In this document: positions 13,189-25,022 of the stretch, piece after piece
How positions within the stretch are numbered: position 1 is the first letter of the stretch
Layout of the letters: each line of letters opens with the position of its first letter
Assembly: GCA_965637545.1 (NCBI GenBank)
Contig: OZ281494.1
Span: 21,886,001 to 21,950,000 of the forward strand
Source of the DNA: Phallusia mammillata
Lineage: Eukaryota
Length of the DNA stretch: 64,000 nt
Direction of reading: 5' to 3'
Position numbers and translations under genes: made by a program
Notes under the pieces: model-generated
Databases searched by the model: none
What the model was told of the DNA's origin: nothing
Seen by the model: the letters and a program-made list of their open reading frames with translations, nothing else

Positions 13189-15839
13189 GTTTAAACTAAC
13201 TGCGTAAGTTTTCAATATTAAACGTCGTGCATACGTTTCAAAGAATATGGTTTAGTTTGATACGTATCAAAGTATACTTGCTTTACTTCCCCGTAATGGT
13301 TTAGAAATGTGCTGGTTGAGATGATCATTACCAAGAAGACGAACGTATTCTTTCGAGGATCGTGTACGTAACCCCCTCCCCCCTACCTATTAAAATTTTT
13401 AATTCGTTACATTACCAAGGTTTTAAATTCCGTTTGGTTGCTTTGTACAGCTCTGGTAAAAAAGCTGATTAGGCTCGTTGATCCAATTTTTTTTCTGATT
13501 CATTTTTGTTTGTTAAACAAGGGCTACAGAAGAATCGGACAATGAGTGTATCATGTAAAGCTGTCAACTAAACTGTAAATAAATAAATAAAAATGATATA
13601 TAATCGTCTTTTGCAATCAGCCAGCTTTAAAATTGGTCGAACTACAATCGAAATGTATTTCATCGTTGCCTTGTAGGGCAGAAACAACGTTAGGGCGACA
13701 ACAGCTTTGTCGTAAAATTTAAATTTTGCTTTGTTTGTTTTGATTTTTTGGATGACTTGACACACTCTACGGTCAATTTTAAACCCGCTATAAAAGTACC
13801 ATTTACAACAGCGAAATACACAATGTAATATTTTCCAATTTTAGCAACTGATGCTAGTTGATCAGTATAGATGTTGCGTTTTTATGATTTTATATGTATA
13901 TATATAGTAAAAACACTTTTCTTTGCCTGAACAATAGCACTGGATTTGTCGCCATGACAACACATTTTTTGCTTGTTCTTTCGAAGAAATGCACTGTAAA
14001 CACACAAAGCAACAAAACAGTCAAAACATTCAGAACTATACGGTTGCATTGCAAAAGAGGGCAATTTGAACTAAAGAAATACAAAAATCAAACATTGCCA
14101 CACGATTCAATCCGCGCATTTAAATATAGCGTTTGCGATACATACAAATTAACAGAATTTCTTCATCGAAATCGTCATCAAAAGGTGAGTGCTATTGCTA
14201 TTGTGTCACACCGGTGCTGCAGTAAACCGTGATGCAAATCGCAGTTCTGCTACAGGCATGTTAGCTCAGAGCGTGTTTAGAAGCATTGGCATCAAGTACT
14301 ATTCATGTAAACAAGTAAAATTAAACTGAAAATCGATGCTCAACGAAAAGTTTTGTTACACGGTCACGGCAAAGAGAAGGAAGCGGGGTTTAAAATCCAC
14401 CTTAAGCGTACACGCAGTGCCAACACAAGCTAACACTGCAATGCTGTTTTACAACACGCAGTAGGAATAAAAACACTCAGTATAGGCATCGAAGTTGCAC
14501 ATATTACTGCTGTACAAGGATGGCGTCAGAGTAAAAAAAATGCGCTTAAATCACAATTGTTTAATACATAGCATATTTAAAGAGAGAGAAAAGTGAAGAC
14601 AATAATTGAAAATTTTAGGCGGCCATTCCACTGGTCAGAGGACAAAAAATAAGTTGGTAAAACAAACCATTAAGTCCACATGTTTATTGAAAAGTCGCAG
14701 GAAAGAGTTTACTTTGTGCAATCAACCATAAAGACCAACTTTGTGTAATTTTAAACAATTGCTACAGATGACTGCGCAAAACTCGTTCGTTATCTATATG
14801 GCTTGCCGTTATTAAGTCATGCACGCCATTAGGCCCAGTTAAGATATTTCTTCATCGAGCCGCACAAAAACTATTACAAAAGTCAAATGCGTGACTAATG
14901 AAACTATTCAACACAGATGCCTCGGGGTTTTTGTATGTTACGCGACAGGCAACGTAAACCAGCTGACAAGCAAGAGGAGTTACGCTGCAATTTTCGCAGG
15001 GACAACGCACGTAATTGGCCACGTGATCAACACGATTTGCGTGCCGCTTCTCAAAGGCCGCTTCTACCACGGGTTTAACAGAGTATTTGGGAAAGGCAAA
15101 TACAAGTCCCATTTAGTATTTGTTCACACAAGACTATCATAAGAAGAAATCTCTATTGTTGGACAAAATTACTTTGCAAGGCACAATCCTTGTAACCGCG
15201 TTAGAAGTTGATTTTCAACCAAGTCTTGTGCAGTTAACTAAAACAGTTTTTAAACATGCAAAAGGTTGGGTGTGACAAAAAACTACATTGTAGCATTGTA
15301 TTGCACATCGGTTAAAGAAAACTAAAGTTTTGGGTATTTTGAAAGGAAACTGCACACAGCTTGTTTAACAACAACGGACCATGGCGCCTCAGACATTCTC
15401 CCCAAACATGCGTACTTGTCGGTTTTGGGTAGTGGGCCCACCATTAAAAAGGCACATCACGGCGTTTTACTGCATTGCAGCAAAAAATCAATAATGCTCA
15501 TTGTTCGCATACAGAATAAGGGTTCTGTACATAGTATTGCGACACGCTAAGTACCACCATATAGGCATATTAATCTTATCTAAAAGCACCATGAAAATAC
15601 AGAATAGAACCGCTAGTACACACACGCAACGTTTTAGCTTGGGTGTCAGAAAGAACAGATTCCGGCCGTGTATCAACACAAGGCAATTAGTTCGTTTTAG
15701 CAAAAACAATACTGTATATTAACATGAAGCAAATGTGTATTGATGTTAAGTTTAACAACATTTTGTAATAGTTATGTACGGGCCAGATGTACCTTGCTGT
15801 CATTTGCACAATCAATCTCACGGCAATTACGTGTTATCG

Positions 15840-18800
15840 TTATCGATGAGATGCGCCCATACAAAACATATCCAAGGTCAAATGACGCCAACGTTCGCGC
15901 TGCCGTTTTTGCTTCAACTCTCGCACATCTAATCCTTTGGACCAGCGAAAGGCAGCAACGCCGGTGGGAATTCGGGAAACACTCGAACCAGGACACGGAA
16001 GGAGCTCACCGCGAGCAGGACCGGCCGTTAACGACGCCGGAGTCGGAAAACATGACAGCAGACGAAAATCCGTGACCCTACAATTGGCGCTTAATACGTC
16101 GTCTGGTGGTAACTTCACAAGGTGTGCCAGCGGATCGTTTGGACTCTTTGAGTCCTGATTGTTCAACAGTGCCGTTTCAGGGGATGCATTACGTTGCCGC
16201 TTATTGCGCGGTGCTGAACGTTTCAAGTTTCTTGCCAAATTGCGACGGGAGGTTTTACTCCCATGTGTTTGATTTACTGGCATTCGCTTGACAGATTTTA
16301 AGTCCTTTTCTGTACCAACTGGGTCATCTCCAGCCAGTGAAGATGTTCGTGATGACGACGTTACCGATTCGCTGCTGTACGTTTCCAAAGACGACGAACG
16401 GCTTGACGAAGCGTTGTACGCATTGTCAACTGACAGGTCTTTCCAATATTTGCTCAAGCTGACGTCATGGTGCAAACGGCTGTTCGGTGTCTTTTCACAT
16501 TTAATCATTTTAGGCTCATTGTTGCAACATTCTTCAGCAGAAGCTTTGTCACGAGTTGTTCGCAATGCTTTGGTGGAAGACGCAAAATTTAGGGCCTTGG
16601 ACACCTTTCGCTTACGTCCAGGCTTCTGCATTTTAAGCTGTTTAGCCTCGAGAGCAGGAGATCGGGCTGTTGGCTGGGGCAGGCGACTCTTGTCGTACGA
16701 TAATGTGGCCTTCGACGTGGGCGAAACGTGTTGATACATTGAGTGTGAACGTTCAACAGATAGTGTTTTAAACGACGCACCACCCTGGTAGGCGGCAAAC
16801 ACTGAGGCAGTTTTACTATTATTGGAATTCCCAGGCCCCGAGAAATGTGTCTGAGAATTGTTATTGTTTGTATCATACTTTGTTGTAAACATTTCATCAC
16901 CTAAACAAAACGGAAGGCTTTCCTTTTGCAAGCATTCCGAAGTTTCATTTTGTGTTTTCTTTTTGCCATGTTGATCAGGTTTACCAGCGATCGCTTCAAC
17001 GTTAGAAGATGTTACGGAGCTATGGAACTTGAAGATCGCTTGCTTGATGTGATTGTTTTGCTTCTGGTTGGAAATTCCACGCGTCGCGTTTCCTATGCAA
17101 TGTTTGTCTTTCGGCGAAGGCGCGTCGGCTCGAGAAAACAAATTGTCACTCTGCGTGCGTGTTGGCGCGAATGCCCTACTCTCCGTCTTTAAGAAAGGAA
17201 GTCGCGTTGTAGCAGCTGTACCAGCGACAAATTGCGACCTTGTTGTAGTTTGTTTAGGTTCCACACGAACCGGGAGAGAAAACTTAGGTTTACTTAACAC
17301 AAAACGTCGTTTTGCATCGTGACAAATATCCAACTTTAAATTGGTTGCATTTTTCGTCGAATTGTCGTCGTCACTGTGTTGTGAGTCATCGTCTTCACTA
17401 CTGCTCGAATATAGACCACTAGAGTCGGTATATGACGTTAAAGCATGATCGTCATCATCCGAAGCACACAGTGACTCCGAGGATGAACCAAGAGTGGATG
17501 AAATGCGATAAAGGTTGGATTTAGCTGACTGATGCACATGTTTGGTCGCATTTTGAACTTTGTTCGGCCTCTGGTCTGGTTTGAACACTTTTCTTTCAGT
17601 TGATTTATTTCCGGGTGTTTCAATTGTTTCTAATTTGTACTTATGGTTTTTGAGTGTTGGATTGTGTTTAAAGTTTAACACTACGCTGTCAGAAATGGTT
17701 TTGGTAGGCACCACCGTCCTGTCGTCATCAGTTTCAGGCCGCAACAGCCCAGAAACGCCCGCGGCGCCATTTTCATTCTCTGATTGTAAAGCAGCAGTAC
17801 ATTGCAAGGCATCGTTTACTGAATTTTTTGTTTCTGTTGCCACCCGTTCGTTATCCTGGTCCATTGACTCAGCAAACTTGCGGCAAATCGCCTTTTTAAA
17901 GTGAAAACGAGACAAAATATTAACACTTGACTGCTCGCACTGACCTTGAACGCAAACGTGGTCATTACTTTTGCTTTCATCATTGTTGTTTTGGGGGTTG
18001 GTGTCATCAGGGCAACTGTAAGATTTCTCCTGTTCAGTATTTTCCAATGTGTCTTGAGTTGTGTTGTTACTGTCCCCGCATCTTTCTAGTGGATTCACAG
18101 TAGTTACCTCCTTAGTGGATGTTTGTGGGACAGCTGTAAACAAGTTTAACAAGGCTTCTGCAGCATCACTTTCACCAAATTTTTCCGAAATAGCCAGAGT
18201 AGCGTTGCAAATGTCTGTTTGTTCACATTCAGTCACTTTTTTAAAATCCCTGGCACTGAATGCTTTTCTATAATCCCCGGCACTGAAGTCCGTTTTGCAC
18301 GCTTTCATCGTCAACCGGTTTGAGGTCTGAACAGAAGTGCCTCCGCCATTTTTGTTGTTTTTTTCAACTTCTTTGTTGCCCTTACGCTGTCCATTATTGA
18401 CTTTAGTTCTGCTGTGTTTTGATAAAATGTTACGTTTTTTGTGGACAGTGTTCGGAGAATTCGGATGTAAATCATCTTTTCCTAAAACATCCGAAGTACT
18501 CGTGACGCCATTTTGATCACTACTCACCCTGTTTTGCTGCGCTTGGCGGGAAAACTGATCGTCTAGGCCGGGGGCATGGGATGTTGATGGTGATGTACGG
18601 GAATGTAAAGTGCTTCCTTCCTGCATTTCTTTGTACTTCGAAGATCTCTGTGTATGTTTTTCATGCTTTAAAGATGATTTAGAAAGTTCACAGGCACCAA
18701 TCGTACTTTGTTGCGACAAGTTGTAATTAAGAATTGTTTCCACGCTTGGGTGAACTGATGGAAGCAGGTTAAGAGGTTGGATAGGGATATCTGGCGAACA

Positions 18801-19055
18801 ACTGCCAATTGACAAACGACCGTTGAAGTTGTCAGCTTGTTGTAAATCACTGAAACAGTCATCGGGTGAGGCACTGGAGCTGTTGCGTTCCAAGTCTTCC
18901 CCGCTGTCGAGTGCAAACTTTCGGTTGCATGCAACAGAGACATCAGAGTCGTCGGGCCCGCCGGCAGCCGCAAATGCCGTACAAGCTGCCGCCAGACTCC
19001 ACAGGCTGGTTTCGTCTCTTGGCTGCTCGAAGCGTATCGCCATTTTATTAGTCAT
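15840..19055 (-). CDS. Uncharacterised 1071-aa low-complexity (S/N/T/K/D-rich) protein, probably nuclear and largely disordered
   Basis: A 3.2-kb stop-free ORF in AT-rich DNA. It has basic NLS-like clusters (KPGRKRKVSK, KRSAPRNKRQRN) and an acidic Ser block (SSSEDDDSQHSDDD). A good acceptor (ttgttgcag) precedes 19164. The second ATG (19043, aaaATGG) has the stronger context. No domain recognised, and further 3' exons cannot be excluded. Confidence 0.8.
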   Translation of the reverse strand: MTNKMAIRFEQPRDETSLWSLAAACTAFAAAGGPDDSDVSVACNRKFALDSGEDLERNSSSASPDDCFSDLQQADNFNGRLSIGSCSPDIPIQPLNLLPSVHPSVETILNYNLSQQSTIGACELSKSSLKHEKHTQRSSKYKEMQEGSTLHSRTSPSTSHAPGLDDQFSRQAQQNRVSSDQNGVTSTSDVLGKDDLHPNSPNTVHKKRNILSKHSRTKVNNGQRKGNKEVEKNNKNGGGTSVQTSNRLTMKACKTDFSAGDYRKAFSARDFKKVTECEQTDICNATLAISEKFGESDAAEALLNLFTAVPQTSTKEVTTVNPLERCGDSNNTTQDTLENTEQEKSYSCPDDTNPQNNNDESKSNDHVCVQGQCEQSSVNILSRFHFKKAICRKFAESMDQDNERVATETKNSVNDALQCTAALQSENENGAAGVSGLLRPETDDDRTVVPTKTISDSVVLNFKHNPTLKNHKYKLETIETPGNKSTERKVFKPDQRPNKVQNATKHVHQSAKSNLYRISSTLGSSSESLCASDDDDHALTSYTDSSGLYSSSSEDDDSQHSDDDNSTKNATNLKLDICHDAKRRFVLSKPKFSLPVRVEPKQTTTRSQFVAGTAATTRLPFLKTESRAFAPTRTQSDNLFSRADAPSPKDKHCIGNATRGISNQKQNNHIKQAIFKFHSSVTSSNVEAIAGKPDQHGKKKTQNETSECLQKESLPFCLGDEMFTTKYDTNNNNSQTHFSGPGNSNNSKTASVFAAYQGGASFKTLSVERSHSMYQHVSPTSKATLSYDKSRLPQPTARSPALEAKQLKMQKPGRKRKVSKALNFASSTKALRTTRDKASAEECCNNEPKMIKCEKTPNSRLHHDVSLSKYWKDLSVDNAYNASSSRSSSLETYSSESVTSSSRTSSLAGDDPVGTEKDLKSVKRMPVNQTHGSKTSRRNLARNLKRSAPRNKRQRNASPETALLNNQDSKSPNDPLAHLVKLPPDDVLSANCRVTDFRLLSCFPTPASLTAGPARGELLPCPGSSVSRIPTGVAAFRWSKGLDVRELKQKRQRERWRHLTLDMFCMGASHR

Positions 19056-19675
19056 CGGCGCATTTTATTCTTGCTCTACTTTAGGGATCTTTGAGTATTC
19101 CTTAACCGACTGGTTATCAGTGACGCTTTGTAAATCCCATTCGTCTGTTTTGAAGGGCGTGCAACTGCAACAAATTTTATCATTAAATTTCAAAATTACT
19201 TACTTAATACAAAAATATATTTAAAAACATATATTTATTATCTTATTTTATCGTTCTGTTTAAATGATTGACCTATTTGCACTAAATATTTTTAAAAACT
19301 AAGTGCTTAGCACATCTTGTCTATTTTTATCCTTAGTAACTATTTGTACATAAAATATGTACACAACCACCTTTAAATTTATAAAATGCAAAAGTTTTAA
19401 ATTTAATTCCAATACATACATCTGTCAAATATCTAAGCAATATCTAGCATTTAACATACAAACAGGTTAAACGCTTTTAAAAAGTAATAGCACCCAACAT
19501 TGTTAACAAATTTTAAACACGACGCCATTTTACCCGAAATTAATCTTTGATATTAAAATGCGGTTCAGGCATGAGATAAACAAGAAAATGTACATGAAAT
19601 CGAAAAATAATATTTTTGTTGCTTAAAGTAAAATAAACCCGAACTAAAAAATTGCGATTTCAAATGTAGACTTAC

Positions 19676-19751
19676 CAAATCTATGTAGTATCAGGCATTT
19701 TGCCTACAGCAAACTTTTTGTTATTTACGGTTTCATGCTCGTGCTTAAAAC
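19676..19751 (-). other. Predicted 5'-UTR exon of the 1071-aa gene, containing two short uORFs
   Basis: Acceptor ccttgcttttag before 19751 and perfect donor G|gtaagt after 19676. All three frames contain stops. Predicted from splice signals only. Confidence 0.45.
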
Positions 19752-22700
19752 CTAAAAGCAAGGTTTACAATCGACTATTAGTTGCTGTGTAGCAATTGAT
19801 ATATTCTGCTGCTATTTTTGCCTAATGTTATACTGCTGACAAACATAGGTTTTTGTAGAGGATGTTTTACTGACAGAACTGAACACTGACAAGCTTCACT
19901 CTGATCTCCAATACAGCGGAACTGTACAGAAAAGAATATTGAAACACAGCGAATCTTCGAGGCGATTCGCATTTGTCGGAAACCCTGCTACCCATAAGTC
20001 AAGCGAAGCAGTCTTTCCATTCAAAGTAGCATCGCGTGTTCGGGTTGCGCGACGGTGTGTGTGCCTGGTCGCCGAGGCGTTGTCAAAAAGAAATAAAAGG
20101 AGGAGGCGAGATAAAGCGAATTACTACCCACACGCTGGGTGTGAGAGAGAAAGAAAGGAAGCGGAGAAAGCGCGCAGTTTCTCCCTGTCTGAAGATAAAT
20201 AAAACGGCGAATCAATCGCAAACGCTCGTGCTCTGGCGCGCAAATCATGTTTTGCTGCTATCGCTCGGCCGCTAAAAAGGACCAGGGCTCACATTTCGCC
20301 TAGCTTCGGAAAGCTCTGACAGATTACAGCGCCGAGCGGCGTAGCAAGATGGGGTTCAACTCGGCTCTCACTCGTAAAATATCATCAGACAATATGGCCA
20401 CAATGTTTTTTGAATGCATCGGTGATGCTTCGACTGGAATATCTCTACCCGCCGTGATTGACTGTGCTGCTGTTGAATGCGGCTCGTTGCCATTTATTTT
20501 TTGTACAAAATACGCAGAGTATCATTTATGTCCCTTGCGTCTTATGCGCAAATGTAACATCAAACGGTTGGTGTGAGCAGAATATGGTAAATGGTTTGCA
20601 CTGCGCATTTCCTTTTCGTCGCAAATTGAGTCTTTAAACAGTAAAAATTGTCAAACCTATTTAACAAAATCGGTTCCTCAGCGGCCATTGCAAGCGTCAA
20701 ATGTAAGGGCGGACGCACATACCGGGAGCAAAAAGATCAACTTTCAAACCGCAAAATGCAGAACACAATCAAGAGATTTTCCAAAAAACGAGTTGAATTT
20801 GTTTTTAAATGCGGTCTTCGCAATTTTGCCGCCGGTTTATCTTCACCTTATAACGTCTCTACATTGTTAACCATTGACGAATTTGGGAATTTTAAATTTA
20901 CAAAATCAGGCAATTTCGTTAAATTGCCTTCACGCGTAAAAGACTTTTTTGGAGTTAATTTTTGGTTAACTTAATTTGCCACCAGTCCTTGGGGAAAAGT
21001 CTTTGATTGCTCAACTTGAGATAAAATTTGCGTTAGAGTGGCCTCGCACCACAACAGAACCTTTGTTAAATCAAAAACTAAAGTTTTACCGAATTTTGGT
21101 TTTGATATGCAACTGGAGATTTTGCCAAAATACAAGAGTGGATAGACTCGATAATACTATATAAACCACTCCGTATTAGAAACGCGTTGTTTTATCAATA
21201 TCAAGAATACACACTTTTTCAAATTGTGATACGTTTCGTGCACATTACTAGGAAATTTATCCGTATCCAATAAAACATTCAATCTTTGCATTGTTAACAA
21301 AAAAGCGTTGTATTTACCAGCAACGTGTGGTGCCCAACTGGGGGTACACTGCTAAGGCGATAAGGCAAATAGATAGGTGGAACGTATGGGTTGGAAATTC
21401 GCCAGTGCACAAGGCCTTTATTGGGCTTATGACGAGGTTTTGCGAAGGCGCCACTTGTTTAGACTGCAGGCAGGTGTATACACAGTCACAGTTGGACTCC
21501 TCTTTGACTGATTGTGGCAGTAATGACTGGTCCCCACACCCAACTGCCTAAAGGCGTTCTTAGATAAAAACTAAGCGCAAGTTTTTTTTGCGTCAAAACC
21601 AGTAACGCCCATTTGATTATCCCGATGTAAAATTTTCGACATCATGCGAAACAGAAAGATGTTGGAGTTATTACGTTTTACTGCAAAGCCATTTTAGGAC
21701 ATTTTTCCAACAAATAAATGCGATTGCACTGTATATTTACTGACGCAACAGTGTTATAGTCCATTTTGCTTGAAAGTAATTTCGCTTCAGTATGAATATA
21801 TATATTGAATTCATCAAATATGTTTGTTCGAAAACTCGGCTGTTTGAGTCATTTTTGTACGTCCATATTAGACATGATATGGAAAATACACAACGTTTAC
21901 TTAATGCCCTTCGCTGCGGAGTCTAAGTGTTTACAGGCAGTTTACCGATTGCGTGACTGCTTCTTTCCCCGTGTGGCAACATTTCTGTGTCGCTGCGTGT
22001 TCGAACAAAATTAATATTTTCAACGCGCACTAAAATGACATATGCTAATCCAATGCCCAAGTGATTCATCACGTCTCACAGGGCGCCTCTGTCTCTGGGG
22101 TGAAATTGGCCCATTCAAACAGCAGACAGTAAAACTGTATCATGAATAACTACGTATTGGGTGTTCGACATGTTCATTGAATATTTAAAGTGTTACCAAA
22201 ATAACATTAATAAACAATACAAATCCATTTTATGGGGCGACGAGCCTATTAGTTCATGTTTCATTGTAAATGTCTCACTGAAAAATTTCCTGTTTAATCT
22301 TACGTTTATACAATGTTCTCTAAGAGTAAAGATGCACCCGATCTACGTTGATTGGTGATGCAAAATTTCACCACCGACAGTCACCGAGGCGCGTGCGCGA
22401 GATAACACCGAAAAATTTCACCCTAACCATGCGCGACATTAATTATGCACGGACGACAAGCAAATCGATTTTTTCTATCAAAAGAAGGGACAGGTCCGTT
22501 AGCAAAATGTATGCAACATCTTGTTGGCTCAATTGGATGCGTTTTGACGGAATCAAAGTTATACTTCTATTGCTTTTCTGCGTAGGATACCAAAAATACA
22601 TTAGAATACCGAAAACAGTTTTTACAATTTGCGTGTAAGCCCCAAGTTACAGTGATCACCATTTACAATTTCTCATGAAGTTTCCTCTCACCCTGTTAGG

Positions 22701-24937
22701 TAGTGTTTTGAACGAGCACTTTCCGAAGTCAAAATGTTTGTTTAACCTGTGGCCATAAACAATAAACTCCATACATAATATATATTAAGGTATATAACAT
22801 CATCAAAACGGACAGTATGCTGTAATATTCTAAAGGGTCCTAACGGTGTGCTTTATTAGCACTGTAACTAAGAAACGATAGTAGGTTCGCATAATCGGCT
22901 TTGAAGATTCCAATTTACACTTTCCCTCACAGACAGAAAGTACAATGCATCAAACTAAAAAGATTTGCGCTGTATCTGCTTACGCTGCCAAATAATAAAT
23001 CTCAACTGGTAAAAGTGTTCGTGTACATTCAAACTGGCGTGCCCTTCCTTATAATATCTATGGCTTAACTTCTGGACATAAACATTAAGTTGGTGCGTCT
23101 GCAAGAAACATCACTATTCATTAGTGCATGTTGAGTTAGTGCACAAAACATAGGCAAACGAAGATATGTTTGTACAAACTATTGGTCACTTATTTGCGAT
23201 CAAATCTCACTGTTGTGAACACTAACACACTTGGCTTTGCAAACTACAAACAATCATCGGCAATGCAAGTAGAACGTACTGACGCGCCTTGCTTTTCTCA
23301 GGTGGTAAACACCGAATACTGAACGAAAAACTAAACAAATATTTCGTGCGAAACATAAGTGCACATTTAAATTGAATGGCTTCAAATGTGGCCTTGATAG
23401 CATCTCTACCTGATTACACCGTGAAAATAGTAACACTGCAAAGGTTTCTAGTAACGTTGTCTACTGGTTAGCAGAACCAACTGCCAAAGGGGAGGCATTC
23501 GCCATTTTAAATTTCTTTTTTCACTTTGTCCGTTCCAGACAAGTCGAGCGCTGCTCTTACCGAGTCAACCTTTCAACAAGCGACGCCGATTCGCGCTCTG
23601 CGAAAGCCAGCGACTGTTAATGGCCCTCCGGCTCCAGTTCAATACGTGTTTGCAGATGTCACTGTAAAATACTCACCCAATTAAAGATTCTCTCGGGCAG
23701 AAAAAAATCGCGGATCCAATTGAAAACGTTTGTTTCATTTCCACTTTAGAAATTTGTAAACGCCTGCATCGTGTTGTAATTTGCTTCTCATACGGTGATT
23801 ACAATTATTAATGTAAAAAAGTGCATCAGGGGTAAGAACGAGTACAGTGAGTAAAAGCATGTGTGACACTATGGTAACAAAGTTAAAATAATTACAAAAA
23901 CCAATCAACGCGGCTGACTTCTGTTAATCACGACTTCGCATAAAATTCCATATATTCCCTTGTTCTGGAACCTAACATCGGAACAGTTTCAGGAAAAGCT
24001 TGTTCTGACAGCGGCGTTATTAATTGCAAGTCGATTACTCAATTGCACAAAAAGGTAAGCTACAGCATTTTGCTGCTGAAAACAGCGCAACGTTACAACG
24101 CATTTAACTCAACATCAATGTTTGATGCACCGTTTGACCCATCCAATTGTAAAGCTTGATTCCTCCGTGTACCTGATGAGAAAAATAGTGGCAATATATG
24201 CGTATAATATTGAGTGGATTGCATGTCACCTGTAGCGTGTACCGATTGAATTAGTGCCTATCGTACCGGGAATTAAAATTTTCAACGCCGGGTACTGTTT
24301 GTTTGAAAAGCCCAAAATATGGCTCTTTGGCTCGATTCGTCACTCCTATCGATTCGAGAAAGCCTCTCGCCTTACTTAGTCTGGGTAATTTTAGGATTTG
24401 CACTGCCAATTGCCTTCTCGTGCTATAAAAATGCGCATGCAACAATAAACGGAAATTGTGCGTCAAAATGTGATAAACTTGTTTCGTAACAAAACACATC
24501 ACAAATGATCGATCAGCAATCGTCAGCTTGGTCAGTTCAAAATAGGGAATAATTGCAGTTAAATATTTGCGTGCGTCTATTTTCTGCATTTGTGATCTTT
24601 TAAAGAGGACCTAAAACTTAGGTTTAGATCTAAGCAACGAAGTGCGTCTTAAGGGTTGCCATCTTTGCTAAACTTTACGAAAAAAATAATTTAGCGAATA
24701 TCAGTTTCAGTGACCATCAGATAGCGCGTTATGGGCTGATTAAATGTCACGTTTATGTGTTCACATGTGTAGCGGCAACATGGTAGTCAAAAAATTCGAC
24801 AATCAAGTTTTTTCCCCTCATCATTCTCCAAAACGAGTATTTAGCCTATGTAGTTTGTACGACAGAACCCACTTCGCACCCGGGAAAAAATTTATAACTG
24901 GTTTACTTTAAAAACAAAATCAATCTGATGCATTGAT

Positions 24938-25022
24938 ATTGAGCTGAGTTTGTTTCGCTTGGTGAAAGAAAACATAGCGACGCAATTGCACTAAAACAAT
25001 TACCAAGGAAATAGCTGCGCAA
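24938..25022 (-). repeat. Short copy of the (AACTC)n-tailed retroelement 3' end
   Basis: Matches 43750-43835 (TTCGCTTGGTGAAAGAA..ATAGCTGCGCAA). Confidence 0.6.

Noticed and set aside
13256-13271. Perfect 16-bp palindrome TTTGATACGTATCAAA
   Set aside because: About one is expected by chance in 64 kb of AT-rich DNA.
14852-15112. 86-aa ORF with EAAFEKRH...RCPCENC, reminiscent of a PEHE or Zn-binding motif
   Set aside because: No convincing splice link to the 1071-aa ORF, and the motif order is wrong for PEHE; more likely a regulatory island.
16050-16110. DVLSANCRVTDF resembles the Polycomb (Pc) box
   Set aside because: Weak match needing indels, and no chromodomain found upstream.
15740-19224. 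Many overlapping or antisense ORFs over the 1071-aa CDS
   Set aside because: Expected by-products of a long, GC-richer coding region.
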